From the NCBI GenBank assembly GCA_963815115.1, contig CAWFFN010000005.1:352001-416000 (forward strand): a stretch of 64,000 nucleotides of DNA. Reading direction: 5' to 3'. The stretch comes from an uncultured delta proteobacterium (GTDB taxonomy: Bacteria; Desulfobacterota; Binatia; DP-6). The notes beneath the pieces are model-generated. The model searched no databases. It was not told where the DNA came from and worked only from the letters and a program-made list of their open reading frames with translations. A program made the position numbers and the translations under genes. How positions within the stretch are numbered: the stretch's first letter is position 1; every line of letters starts with the position of its first letter. Shown here piece by piece: positions 28,695 to 38,496 of this stretch.

Positions 28695-29915
28695 CTATTC
28701 GCTCCCCACGACGAGACACGCCGAGCTGGCCTGCGGATCGAGCGATGGCACCAGGACGGTGCGCACCGCCCGGGCGAGCGGGCCGGACACGAGGGCCAGC
28801 GGCCCGATCTCCGGATCGACCTCCGTCGTGTTGATCGTCGGCGGGATCGTGCCCGACTCGAGCGCGACGAGCGCGGCAGCGGTCTGCAGCGCGCCCGACG
28901 CCCCCATGCATTCGCCCAGCATCGACTTGACCGCCGTCACCGGGACATCGGGTCCGAGGAGCCGTCCGATCGCCGCCCCCTCGACGAAGTCGGCCTCGCG
29001 GCTCGAGCTGGCGGATGCGCTGACCAGGTCGACGGACCGGGGCGCAACGCCGGCACGCTCGAGCGCCAGGCTCATCACGGCTTTCACGGAGTCCGCCGCG
29101 CGCCGTCCGCCGGTGAAGAGCGACCCGTAGCCAGCCACGGTTCCCCGGATGCGCGCGCCTCGTTTGCGGGCCACGTCCCGGTTCTCGAGGACGAAGAGAT
29201 AGCAGCCCTCACCGAGGACGAACCCTCTCCGCCGCCGGTCGTAGGGCACGCTGAGCCCTGCCGCCTCGCCTCGCGCGAGCCGACCCTCGTCGGCTGCGAG
29301 CAGGAAGGCATCGAGGGAGAGCTGCTCCATGCCGCCGGCGACCACGCGGGTCGCCTGTCCCGAGCGGATCATGCCCGCCGCGGTGCCGAGCGCGTCGGCG
29401 CTGGACGCGAATCCCGAGGACACCGTGTTGATGCAGGCCTGGAGCCTGGACCGCACGGCGGCGAAGTTGGTCGCGGAATTGAGCGCCGCGTCGAACCCCT
29501 CCATGGGAAGCAGGTCGGCTGGATCATGAGTCAGTATCTTCTGCGTGTAGTCGGTGGTCTGAGGAAAGTTGCCGTGCGCGGTCCCGACGATGAGCCCGGT
29601 CTCGGCCCGCGTCTCCTCGCCGTCCTCCAGCCCGGCGTCCTGGAGCGCCTGCTGCACCGCGACGGCCAGAAGCCGCGTCCCGCGCATGACGTACTTGATG
29701 CCCTTGCCGCCCAGCCGCTCGTCCGCACGCAGGTCGCGCACCTCGGCGCCCACCCGTACCGGCGACGCCGAGAGGTCGAGCGTCGTCACGGGACCGATCG
29801 CCGAGGCGCCACGGCGAAGATTCGCCGAGAACTCCTCCCAGGCGCAACCCAGCGGCGAGACGACGCCCACGCCCGTGATGACGACGTGCAGGGATGTCCT
29901 CGCCTCGGCGCTCAT
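28695..29915 (-). CDS. Ketosynthase-like protein lacking the catalytic triad (CLF-like, KS6)
   Basis: KS fold; SSGFASS at the Cys site, SASASSS at the HGTGT site, KSMLGE at the second His. Confidence 0.85.
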   Translation of the reverse strand: MSAEARTSLHVVITGVGVVSPLGCAWEEFSANLRRGASAIGPVTTLDLSASPVRVGAEVRDLRADERLGGKGIKYVMRGTRLLAVAVQQALQDAGLEDGEETRAETGLIVGTAHGNFPQTTDYTQKILTHDPADLLPMEGFDAALNSATNFAAVRSRLQACINTVSSGFASSADALGTAAGMIRSGQATRVVAGGMEQLSLDAFLLAADEGRLARGEAAGLSVPYDRRRRGFVLGEGCYLFVLENRDVARKRGARIRGTVAGYGSLFTGGRRAADSVKAVMSLALERAGVAPRSVDLVSASASSSREADFVEGAAIGRLLGPDVPVTAVKSMLGECMGASGALQTAAALVALESGTIPPTINTTEVDPEIGPLALVSGPLARAVRTVLVPSLDPQASSACLVVGSE

Positions 29916-31090
29916 GCCTTCGTGAAGACGACGACGGCGTTGTTGCCGCCGAAGGCGAACGAGTTGTTCATCACCGCACGGAGCGCGAGCGGGCGTGCGG
30001 CGTTCGGGACGCAGTCGACGGGGCAGTCCGGGTCGGGGGTCTGGTAGTTGATGGTGGGAGGGACGACTCCGTCCCGCAGCGCCAGGCAGCACACCACGGA
30101 CTCGATGGCGCTGGCCGCTCCCATGGAATGGCCGATCATCGACTTGACCGAGCTCACCGGGAGGCGGCCGGCCCGGTCGCCGAACACGGCGCGCAGCGCC
30201 ACGGCTTCGGCCCGGTCGTTCGCCGGTGTCCCGGTGCCGTGCGCGCTCACGTAGTCGATGTCGTCGGGCGCCAGCCCGGCGGCGCGGAGCGCGGCGCGCA
30301 TCGCCCGGATGGCCCCTGCGCCCGACGGATCGGGCGACGTCACGTGGAAGCCGTCCGCGCTCAGCCCGTACCCCTTCACCTCGGCGTAGGCCGGCGCTCC
30401 CCGCTCGGCGGCGTGCTCGCGCGACTCGAGCACGAGCATCCCCGCGCCCTCGCCGATCATCAGACCGCGGCGGTTCCGGTCGAACGGCTGGCAGTGCTCG
30501 GCGGCCAGAGAACGGAGGTTGTGGAAGTACGTGAACTCCGTCTGCGCGAAGACGTCGACCCCGCCGACGACCATCGCGTCCACCTCGCCTCGCCGGATGA
30601 GATCACACCCGGAGGCGAGGGCATGATTCCCGGAGGAGCACGCGTTCACGGACAGGAGATGGGGTCCGCCGGTGCCGAGCCGGTCCGCCAGCGCGCCCAG
30701 GATGGTGGAGAGGGGATAGGTGCGGGTGACCGCCGGCGTGAAGCCGTTCGCCTTGGTTGCCGGGTCGGCGCGCAGCGCCGCCTCGAAGGTCTTCAGATCG
30801 CCCCCGAGCGTGCCGACGACCACCCCCACACGCTCCGCGCCCGTGCGGCCCACGTCGAGCCCGGCGTCCCGGACCGCCTCGCTCGCGGCCGTGCCCGCCA
30901 GCTCGTGCGGGGTGGTCTCGAGCGCGAGCTCGCGGATGACGTGGCCCCGGTGCACCTTGTAGGCCGTCGTGTCGAAGTAGGGGATCTCGCCGGCGCCTTC
31001 CCGACCGGCGAGCATCGCCTTCCACGCCGCATCGGTACCGACTCCGACGGAGGTGACGAGGCCGACGCCGGTGACGACGACTCCTGACAT
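29912..31090 (-). CDS. fabF: Beta-ketoacyl-ACP synthase II-like, active (KS5)
   Basis: NACSSG, AHGTGT, KSMIGH, NSFAFGGNN. Confidence 0.9.
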   Translation of the reverse strand: MSGVVVTGVGLVTSVGVGTDAAWKAMLAGREGAGEIPYFDTTAYKVHRGHVIRELALETTPHELAGTAASEAVRDAGLDVGRTGAERVGVVVGTLGGDLKTFEAALRADPATKANGFTPAVTRTYPLSTILGALADRLGTGGPHLLSVNACSSGNHALASGCDLIRRGEVDAMVVGGVDVFAQTEFTYFHNLRSLAAEHCQPFDRNRRGLMIGEGAGMLVLESREHAAERGAPAYAEVKGYGLSADGFHVTSPDPSGAGAIRAMRAALRAAGLAPDDIDYVSAHGTGTPANDRAEAVALRAVFGDRAGRLPVSSVKSMIGHSMGAASAIESVVCCLALRDGVVPPTINYQTPDPDCPVDCVPNAARPLALRAVMNNSFAFGGNNAVVVFTKA

Positions 31091-31335
31091 CTAGGAGACC
31101 GACCCAAGACGGCGTCTCGGGTCGGATCCGGAGGCGAGCGCAGCGCGCTCGGTAGCACGCACGACCTGCATGTCGCGGCCGGCAACGCCGGCGCGACACT
31201 CTCGGCACGCCCGTGTCCGCCTCGTTTGCCGCGCCAGCTTTGCTGGCCGCGGCATGGCGGTCGCCCATGCCACCATACGTCTCATGTCCACTTTTCCTCT
31301 CCGACCCAAGACGCAGTCCTGGGTCGGCCTTCTAG
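31091..31335. mobile_element. MITE-like element bounded by CTAG with ~20-bp imperfect terminal inverted repeats
   Basis: CTAGGAGACCGACCCAAGAC vs reverse complement of the right end CTAGAAGGCCGACCCAGGAC (17/20); twin 12-bp hairpins at 31099-31125 and 31301-31327. Confidence 0.65.
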
Positions 31336-32774
31336 GCGGTGGCGTGCTCCTGCCGGTAGCGCCACAGCGCGCGGTCGTACTCGCCGGAGTCCCGCAGGTC
31401 CTTCGCGTTCTGGATGAGGTGCCGGAAGACCAGCTGCCAGTCGAGGTTCACGCGAAACGCGAAGTACGCCGCCGCCAGGTTGCCCAGCACCTCGCGAGCG
31501 CGGGCGAACCGCCGGCGCAGGACCTCCGTGGTGTAGAGGCGCTCGTAGAGGTGCTCGAGCCCCGCGATGAAGTCGTCCAGCGGCATGCTCTTCAGCAGGT
31601 AGAGGAGGTGATGCGCGGTGCCGTACTGCCAGTCCTGCGGGAAGCGGTTGCGGAACAGCCGCCCCTCGGCCTGCAGGCGCTCGTAGAAGCGCGTTCCCGG
31701 GGCCGGGGTCTCGATCCCGCAGGTCATGATGTCGATGTCGTTGTCGAGGACGAAGTCGGCGACGCGATCGAACACCTCGGGGCTCTCCGTGTCGGTCCCG
31801 AAGATCATCGTGCCCCAGACCGCCAGGCCGTGGTGGTGGATGCGCTCGATGGCGCGTCGATAGTCGCCCCCCGTGGCCTTCAGGTTGAACTTCTTGTTGA
31901 GGAGCTGGAGGGTCGCGGCCTCGAGCGACTCGAATCCGATCAGCATCCCCACGCTGCCGGACTGCGCCATCCAGTGCAGGACCTCGTCGTCCTCGGCGAT
32001 GTGGATGGACGTGAAGCCGAACCAGTTCTGGCGGATGCCGCGTTCCGCCATCTGGCGGTACAGCGACACGGTGCGCTCGTGCGACAGCTTGCCGTGGCCG
32101 TAGAAGTTCTCGTCGCTCCAGATCATGCCACGATACTGCCCCTTGAACTCCTCGAGCTCGTCGAGCAGGTCGTCGACGGGGCGTTCGCGATATTTCCGGC
32201 CCTGGAAGAGCGGGATGAAGCAGAACTCGCAGGTGTACGGGCACCCCGCCGACGCGATCGCCGCCGTGAAACGGTAGCCGTACTTGCGCCGCAGGAACTC
32301 CCGGTCGGGTCGGATGTCCCGGAGGATGGACAGATCGTGCAGCCCGCCGTCGTAGTGCGGCTGGAGCTCCCCGCGCTCGAAGTCCCGCACCAGCCTGGGC
32401 CACGCGGTGAACGCCTCTCGCGTGCAGATCGCATCCGCGAAGGGCCGCGCCTCCTCCGGGTAGGAGGTGGCGTGCCAGCCGCCGATGGCCACCGGGATCC
32501 CCTGCGCCCGGCACGCCGTGGCGATCTGGTAGGCGCGCGGCGCCTGGTGGCTCATCGCGGTGATCCCCACCAGATCCGCGCCGTCGAACGTGATGCCGGT
32601 CCCGTCCGCGGCGAGGGCCTGCTCCTTCATCTCGTCGATGATGTCGACCTCCCAGCCCGCGGGCGTGAGCGCCTTCAGGTAGGCGAGGCCGAGCGGCATC
32701 TGCGTCAGGACCGAGACGTTCTCCTCGCCGACGTTGCCCGGCGGATGCGGGCTGATGAGCACCAGGCGCTTCAT
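31332..32774 (-). CDS. Cobalamin-dependent radical SAM enzyme (RS3)
   Basis: QMPLGLAYLKALTP, VAIGGWHAT, GCPYTCEFC, DENFYG, IGFES; TGATG coupling to RS2. Confidence 0.9.
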   Translation of the reverse strand: MKRLVLISPHPPGNVGEENVSVLTQMPLGLAYLKALTPAGWEVDIIDEMKEQALAADGTGITFDGADLVGITAMSHQAPRAYQIATACRAQGIPVAIGGWHATSYPEEARPFADAICTREAFTAWPRLVRDFERGELQPHYDGGLHDLSILRDIRPDREFLRRKYGYRFTAAIASAGCPYTCEFCFIPLFQGRKYRERPVDDLLDELEEFKGQYRGMIWSDENFYGHGKLSHERTVSLYRQMAERGIRQNWFGFTSIHIAEDDEVLHWMAQSGSVGMLIGFESLEAATLQLLNKKFNLKATGGDYRRAIERIHHHGLAVWGTMIFGTDTESPEVFDRVADFVLDNDIDIMTCGIETPAPGTRFYERLQAEGRLFRNRFPQDWQYGTAHHLLYLLKSMPLDDFIAGLEHLYERLYTTEVLRRRFARAREVLGNLAAAYFAFRVNLDWQLVFRHLIQNAKDLRDSGEYDRALWRYRQEHATA

Positions 32775-34315
32775 CAGGCTTGCCCCACCGGCTGCTTGGC
32801 ATGCACGTTCTTGTAGATCGACATGAGCTTGGCCCGCTGCGGATGGTTGAAGTCCTCGAAGGCGAGCGGCACCGCGACCTGCGCCGGATTGGCCTCGTGG
32901 GGGTACGCACCCGAGTCGTAGAGCTTGTGTAGCTCCATCAGGTTGGCCTCGAAGACGACCTTCCAGTCGAGGTTGATGCGGTAGGCGAACATCGAGTTCA
33001 CGAGGTTGCCGGTGGCGGCGTAGGTCTGCTTGAAGCGCTCGCGCAGCTTCTCCTTGCCGTAGATGTTGTCGTACACGTAGGTGAGCCCCTCGATGAAGCG
33101 CTCGAGCGACATGTTCTTCAGCCGATGCACGAGGTGACCGGAGTTGTAGTAGTACCAGTCGTACGGGAAGTTGGTGCGGAAGATGCGCTGCTCGCTGCTC
33201 AGGCGGTCGAAGAGCTCGGTGCGCACCATGGGCGTGTAGATGCCGAAGGTGCAGACGTCCATTCCGGTCTCCCAGACGGCGTCGACGACCTGCTTGAAGG
33301 TGTCTTCCTTGTCGAAGTCGGTTCCGAAGATCACCGAGCTCCACACGATCAGCCCGTGCCGGTGGAGGTTGCCGAAGCAGTGCCGGTAGCTGTCGAGGAA
33401 CGAGGTCGAAGCCTTCTTGGCGATGCCGATGTTGACCGACTTGTGCATCTTCTTGAGCGTGTCGTAGTCGAGTGACTCGATGCCCATCAGGATGCCGAGG
33501 CAGCCGCTCTTCGCCATGTAGTCGAGCACGACGTCGTCCTGGGTGACGTTGAGCGACGTGAAGCCGAACCAGTTCTTCTTGAGATCGCGCTCCGCCCACC
33601 CCTTGAAGAGCTTGCGGCAGCGTTCCTGCGAGTCGGGCGTGTAGCCGTAGAAGTTGTCCTCCGCGAGCATGAGCCCGCGGTAGTCGGTGTGGGCGAGCTC
33701 GTTCCAGACGTCCTCCGGCGGGCGCTGGCGGTACTTGCGGCCCTGGATGAAGGGGACACAGCAGAAGTCGCACTTGAACGGGCAGCCGCGGGTCGTGATG
33801 ATCGACGAGTACTTGTAGCGGTACTTGTCGCGCAGCCACTCCCGGTCGGGGTGGATGTCCCTGAGCTCCTCGAGCGGCGTCGGGCCGCCGTGGTAGGTGG
33901 GCTGGAGACGCCCGCCATCGAAGTCGGCGAGCACCTGCGGCCACACCCGCTCGGCCTCGCCGATGACCACGCTGTTCACGTGGGCGCTCGCCTCCTCCGG
34001 GAGAATGGTCGCGTGGGCGCCGCCGGCGACCGTCGGCACGCCCGCCTTGCGACACGCCTCGGCGATCTCGTAGAGCCGCGGCACCTGGTAGGTCACGGCC
34101 GTGATCCCGACGAGGTCGGCATGGCCGAAGGTCAGGTTGCCCTGCGCGTCGACGGCCCGCTCGAGGGTCTCGTCGATGACGTCGACCTCCCATTCGTCGC
34201 GCGGCGTCAGCGCGGCGATGTAGGCGAGGTTGAGCGGCATCTGCACGATGACCGAGATGTTCTCCTCGCCGAAGTGCTTCTCGGGATAGGCGTTGATCAG
34301 AACGAGTCGCTTCAT
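32774..34315 (-). CDS. Cobalamin-dependent radical SAM enzyme (RS2)
   Basis: QMPLNLAYIAALTP, GGAHAT, GEAE, RGCPFKCDFC, EDNFYG, MGIES. Confidence 0.9.
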   Translation of the reverse strand: MKRLVLINAYPEKHFGEENISVIVQMPLNLAYIAALTPRDEWEVDVIDETLERAVDAQGNLTFGHADLVGITAVTYQVPRLYEIAEACRKAGVPTVAGGAHATILPEEASAHVNSVVIGEAERVWPQVLADFDGGRLQPTYHGGPTPLEELRDIHPDREWLRDKYRYKYSSIITTRGCPFKCDFCCVPFIQGRKYRQRPPEDVWNELAHTDYRGLMLAEDNFYGYTPDSQERCRKLFKGWAERDLKKNWFGFTSLNVTQDDVVLDYMAKSGCLGILMGIESLDYDTLKKMHKSVNIGIAKKASTSFLDSYRHCFGNLHRHGLIVWSSVIFGTDFDKEDTFKQVVDAVWETGMDVCTFGIYTPMVRTELFDRLSSEQRIFRTNFPYDWYYYNSGHLVHRLKNMSLERFIEGLTYVYDNIYGKEKLRERFKQTYAATGNLVNSMFAYRINLDWKVVFEANLMELHKLYDSGAYPHEANPAQVAVPLAFEDFNHPQRAKLMSIYKNVHAKQPVGQA

Positions 34316-34326
34316 CGCGTCTCCCT

Positions 34327-35775
34327 TCAGTGCGCCGTGGCGGCGGTGCTCGCGCTGCCCACGCTCACTCGCTCGGCGGGGTAGGCGCCCGAGTCGTAGA
34401 GGCCGTGCAGGTTGCGGAGAATCTGCTCGAACACGCGCTGCCAGTCCTGGCCGACGCGGTACGCGAACAGCGCGGTGCGCGGGTTGCCGGTCGCCTGGAG
34501 CGAGCGTCGGAACCGGGCGCGGAGCGCCTCCTTCGTGTACAGGTGATCGTAGACGTAGTGCATGCCCGTGATGAAGTCCTCGAGGGTCATCTTGTCGAGC
34601 TTGTACGTCACGTGATCGGTCCCGTAGTGGAACCAGTCGTTGGGGTAGTTGGTGCGGAAGACGCGGCCCTCGCCGAGAAGGCGCTTGTGCATCGGCGTAT
34701 TCGGCAGCGGGGTGCTGATGCCGTAGGTGAGCACGTCGAGGGAGTTCTCGAGAATGTAGTCGACCATGCGACGGAAGCAGTCCTTGTCGTCCCCGTCCGC
34801 GCCGAAGATGACCGAGCCCCACACGATCATGCCGTGATCGTGGATGTTCTTGATCGAGTCGGCCATGCGGTCGACTCCGAGGCGGAGGTTGACGTCCTTC
34901 ACCATCTTCTTGAGCACGTCCTCGCTGTTCGACTCCAGGCCGATGAGGAATCCGAAGCAGCCCGATTTCGCCATGGCGTCCAGCATCACCAGGTCCTGGC
35001 CGGTGGCGAGGGTCGAGAACCCGAACCAGTCCTTCCACATCTTGCGCTCGACCATGCCCTGGAAGAGCTGGCGCGCCCGCTCGTTGGCTCGCTTGCTGTA
35101 GCCGTAGAAGTTGTCCTCGGCGAGCATCAGGCCCTTGTACTTGGTCGCATCCATCTCGGCCCAGACGTCCTCCACCGGCCGCTCCCGGAACTGGCGCCCC
35201 TGGAACACGGGAACGCTGCAGAACTCGCAGCGGAACGGGCATCCCTTCGTGGTGACGATCGACGAGTACTTGTAGCCGTACTTCTCGCGGCAGAACTCCC
35301 GGTCCGGGTGGACCCGGCCGACGAGCTCGAGGGAAGGCAGCCCGCCGTCGTAGAGCGGCTGGAGGTCGCCGCGCGCGAAGTCGTCGAGGATCGACCGCCA
35401 CGTCAGCTCGGCCTCGCCGGTGCACACCGCGTCGGCGTGGCGTTGCGCCTCTTCGACCATCGCCGAGACGTGAATGCCGCCCATCACCACCTTCATGCCG
35501 CGCCGCCGGCATGCGTCCGCGATCTGGTACGCCCGCGGGCTCTGGTAGGTGAGCGACGTGATGGCGACGAGGTCCGCGTCGAAGATCGGCTCGCCGCGCT
35601 CGTCGAGCGCGAGCTCGATGGTCTCGTCGACCAGGTCACGCTCCCATTCGTCCTGCGGCGTCAGCGCGGCCAGGTAGGCGAGATTCAGCGGCATCTGCAC
35701 GATCACGGAGATGCTCTCCTCGCCGTGTCGCTCCGGCGGATGGGGGTTGACGAACACCACCTTGCGTCGATCCAT
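34327..35775 (-). CDS. Cobalamin-dependent radical SAM enzyme (RS1)
   Basis: QMPLNLAYLAALTP, GGIHVS, GEAE, KGCPFRCEFC, EDNFYG, IGLES; AGGAGG RBS. Confidence 0.9.
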   Translation of the reverse strand: MDRRKVVFVNPHPPERHGEESISVIVQMPLNLAYLAALTPQDEWERDLVDETIELALDERGEPIFDADLVAITSLTYQSPRAYQIADACRRRGMKVVMGGIHVSAMVEEAQRHADAVCTGEAELTWRSILDDFARGDLQPLYDGGLPSLELVGRVHPDREFCREKYGYKYSSIVTTKGCPFRCEFCSVPVFQGRQFRERPVEDVWAEMDATKYKGLMLAEDNFYGYSKRANERARQLFQGMVERKMWKDWFGFSTLATGQDLVMLDAMAKSGCFGFLIGLESNSEDVLKKMVKDVNLRLGVDRMADSIKNIHDHGMIVWGSVIFGADGDDKDCFRRMVDYILENSLDVLTYGISTPLPNTPMHKRLLGEGRVFRTNYPNDWFHYGTDHVTYKLDKMTLEDFITGMHYVYDHLYTKEALRARFRRSLQATGNPRTALFAYRVGQDWQRVFEQILRNLHGLYDSGAYPAERVSVGSASTAATAH

Positions 35776-35789
35776 GCGACACTCCCTCC

Positions 35790-37265
35790 TTACGCTAGCG
35801 CGGTCGTCCCGGCGTTGCCGTGGACTGCTCGCGGCGCCGCCGGCTCCCGCGCGGCGATCCGGTTCGCCACCCGCCAGCCGGAGGCGACCACCGCACACAC
35901 ACCGGGGCCCGGGATGGTCCAGTGACCGGTGAGGTACAGATTCTCGATCGGGGTCTCGTGCGCCAGGCGCCGCATCCCCGACTGCTCGGGAATCACGGCC
36001 CAGCCGTAGGGCGCACCACAGAAGTTGCTCGTCCGCTCCGCCCCGGTCGGGGGATGTGCGACCGTCATCACCTCCACGTGGCGCCGCAGCCCCGGAACGA
36101 AGTCCTCGATGCGGTCGAGCACGTCGCGCACCTTGGTCTCCTGCACGGCACGCCAGTCGCCCGCGGCCTCCTCCTCGGGCGCGAGCGAGGCGACGACGGT
36201 CATCGTGTGGTACCCCGGCGGGGCCATCCCGGGCTCGATCTGCGTCGGTGAAGAGACGTAGAGCCAGGGTCCGCCCAGCTCCTCGGAGAAGAAATAGAAG
36301 CCGCGCGCGAGGCGCTCGGGTTGGCAGCGCGCGCTCACCCCGAGGTACAGGAGCACGAACGGCGAGCTCGCGCGCAACGTCCGCAGTCGTTGCGCGTACG
36401 CCGGGTCCACGGCGCCGTCGAGCAGGCGGAAGAACGTCTGTGCCGGGTCGATGTTCGAGACCACGGCGCCGGCCGCGATCTCGCGTCCATCGGCGAGCCG
36501 GACGCCCGCGGCCCGCGTGCCGTCGAGCAGCACGTCGCGCACGGCCGTCGAGACCAGCAGGTCGCCTCCGCTGGCGACGAACCTCGCCGCGATGGCGTCG
36601 GCGAACGCCTGGGTGCCCCCGCGGGGATAGTAGGCGCCGTCGCGCCAGTAGTTGACGATCATCTGGCACATCCCGACCGCCGAGAGCTCCTGGGGAGGCG
36701 ATCCCAGGTAGCCCCACTGCCCCGACAACCCGAGCTTGAGGCGGGGATCGTCGAAGAAGGCGTCGAGCATCTCCGCGAACGTCGAGTCCTGGTAGCGGAT
36801 CAGCGTCGGGCTCTCCCGGCGCTCATCGAGCAGCGCGCGATAGAGCTTGACGATCTCGGCGAAGAACGCGTCGATGGCGCGACGCTCCCGGGGAAAGCGC
36901 TCCGCGAGCAACGCCGCGAAGGCATCCAGCCTCGTCGGAACCGGGAGCGACCAGGACGGGAAGACCAGCGTGTCCATGGGGTCGAGGCGCACGAAGTCGC
37001 ACTCGATCCCCAGAGCACGCAGGCAGCTGCCCACGATGCTCAGGCGGCCGCACCCGCTGATGTGGTGCACGGCGACGTCGAACGTGAATCCCTTCTGCGT
37101 GAACGACGAGCAGCAGCCGCCGGGCTGGGCGCTGCGCTCCACGATCAGCGTCCGCTTGCCCCGCTGCGCGAGCTGCGTGCCGCACACCAGCCCGCCGATA
37201 CCGCCGCCGACGACGACGGCGTCGTAGTCCCCCCGTACCTCGACTCGCGCGGTCCGGCCGTCCAT
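35790..37265 (-). CDS. Phytoene desaturase (CrtI)-like FAD oxidoreductase
   Basis: VVGGGIGG, ER..QPGG, GFTFDV, YYPRGG, NLYLTGHWT.PGPGV. Confidence 0.88.
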   Translation of the reverse strand: MDGRTARVEVRGDYDAVVVGGGIGGLVCGTQLAQRGKRTLIVERSAQPGGCCSSFTQKGFTFDVAVHHISGCGRLSIVGSCLRALGIECDFVRLDPMDTLVFPSWSLPVPTRLDAFAALLAERFPRERRAIDAFFAEIVKLYRALLDERRESPTLIRYQDSTFAEMLDAFFDDPRLKLGLSGQWGYLGSPPQELSAVGMCQMIVNYWRDGAYYPRGGTQAFADAIAARFVASGGDLLVSTAVRDVLLDGTRAAGVRLADGREIAAGAVVSNIDPAQTFFRLLDGAVDPAYAQRLRTLRASSPFVLLYLGVSARCQPERLARGFYFFSEELGGPWLYVSSPTQIEPGMAPPGYHTMTVVASLAPEEEAAGDWRAVQETKVRDVLDRIEDFVPGLRRHVEVMTVAHPPTGAERTSNFCGAPYGWAVIPEQSGMRRLAHETPIENLYLTGHWTIPGPGVCAVVASGWRVANRIAAREPAAPRAVHGNAGTTALA

Positions 37266-37269
37266 CGCG

Positions 37270-38496
37270 TCAGCCCGTCGGGCAGGCCGAGAGCAGCAGG
37301 GCGGCGCAGTGCCCGGAGTAGGAGGAGGCGGTGACGAGCGCGCGGGTCACCTCCATGCGCCGCGCCACGTTCGGGACGCAATCGACGGCGCACGCCTCGT
37401 CCGCGACCCGATGGTTGATCGTCGGAGGCACCACCTGCTCCGTCAACGCCAGCAGCGCCGCCGCGGCTTGGAGTGAGCCCGACGCGTCGAGACACTCCCC
37501 GCACATGGACTTGATGGCGCTCACCGGCGGGCACGACGCGTCGCCGTCGAAGGCGGCGCGCAGGGTGCTGGCCTCGAGCCGGTCTCCCCCGGGGGTGGAA
37601 TTGGCGCCGCTGAAGACGCACCAGCCGTCCGGGGACGCGGGCGGCGTGCGCCCGAGCGCAGCGCGGATGACCCGACGGCCGTTCGCCACCGGATCCCCGC
37701 CACGCGGCCGGAAGCCGTTCCCGTATCCGGTGACCTCGCCGTAGATCCGGGCGCACCGCTCACGGGCACGCGACAGCGGCTCGAGGAACAGCAGACAGCT
37801 GCCCTCGCCCAGCACGACGCCGTCCCGGCGACGGTCGAACGGGGCGCACAGTCCGCTGCCGGAAAGCGCGCCCGTCCCCGCGAAGCCCCGGTAGACGTCT
37901 TCGCCGAGACCGAACACGCCCCCCGCCAACATGGCTCCCGCCCGACGCAGCCGGAGGAAGTCTGTGGCGTACCCGAGCGCGTCGAGGCCGCTCGTCTCGC
38001 CCGTGGCGATCGTCGCGTTCGGGCCCGTCACCCCGAGGAGAATGGAGACGCGGCTCGCCGGCGCGTTCAGCACCGTGTTGGGAAACTCCATGGGGTTCAC
38101 GTACGCCGGGCCTTCTCGCAGGGCCTCCGTGTCGAACGCGGCGATGCTGCCGATGCTCCCGTAGGTCGAGCCCACGGCGATGCCGGTCTGGTCATCCCGC
38201 ACGGGAGCCTCGCCGCCCTGCAGGACGCCGGCGTCCTCGAGCGCGAGCTTGGCCGCGCACGCGAGCAGCAACGTGGTCCGATCGAAGTGCCGGATGCCCT
38301 TGGTCCCGATGAAGGGCGCCGGCGAGAACTCGGCGATCTCCCCGGCCAGCCGGCTCCGGCCGTTCCCGGGGTCGAAGAGGGAGAGGGGACGAAGACCGGA
38401 GGCACCTGCCGCGAGGCTGCGCCAGAACGCCTCCCGCCCTGCGCCCAGGGCGGAGACGACCCCAAGACCGGTCACGACGATACGTTCCACGATCAC
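37270..38496 (-). CDS. Ketosynthase-like protein with Cys->Glu substitution (CLF/decarboxylase-like, KS4)
   Basis: ATGETSG at the Cys site, SGANST at the HGTGT site, KSMCGE at the second His; GTGA overlap with KS3. Confidence 0.85.
   Translation of the reverse strand: MIVERIVVTGLGVVSALGAGREAFWRSLAAGASGLRPLSLFDPGNGRSRLAGEIAEFSPAPFIGTKGIRHFDRTTLLLACAAKLALEDAGVLQGGEAPVRDDQTGIAVGSTYGSIGSIAAFDTEALREGPAYVNPMEFPNTVLNAPASRVSILLGVTGPNATIATGETSGLDALGYATDFLRLRRAGAMLAGGVFGLGEDVYRGFAGTGALSGSGLCAPFDRRRDGVVLGEGSCLLFLEPLSRARERCARIYGEVTGYGNGFRPRGGDPVANGRRVIRAALGRTPPASPDGWCVFSGANSTPGGDRLEASTLRAAFDGDASCPPVSAIKSMCGECLDASGSLQAAAALLALTEQVVPPTINHRVADEACAVDCVPNVARRMEVTRALVTASSYSGHCAALLLSACPTG

Noticed and set aside
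31099-31327. CRISPR array from the two palindromic 27-bp repeats
   Set aside because: Only two copies, ~175 bp apart, and no cas genes; better explained as element ends.
35790-37265. Carotenoid or hopanoid pathway
   Set aside because: The CrtI-like gene has no phytoene/squalene synthase or cyclase nearby and is embedded among KS genes.
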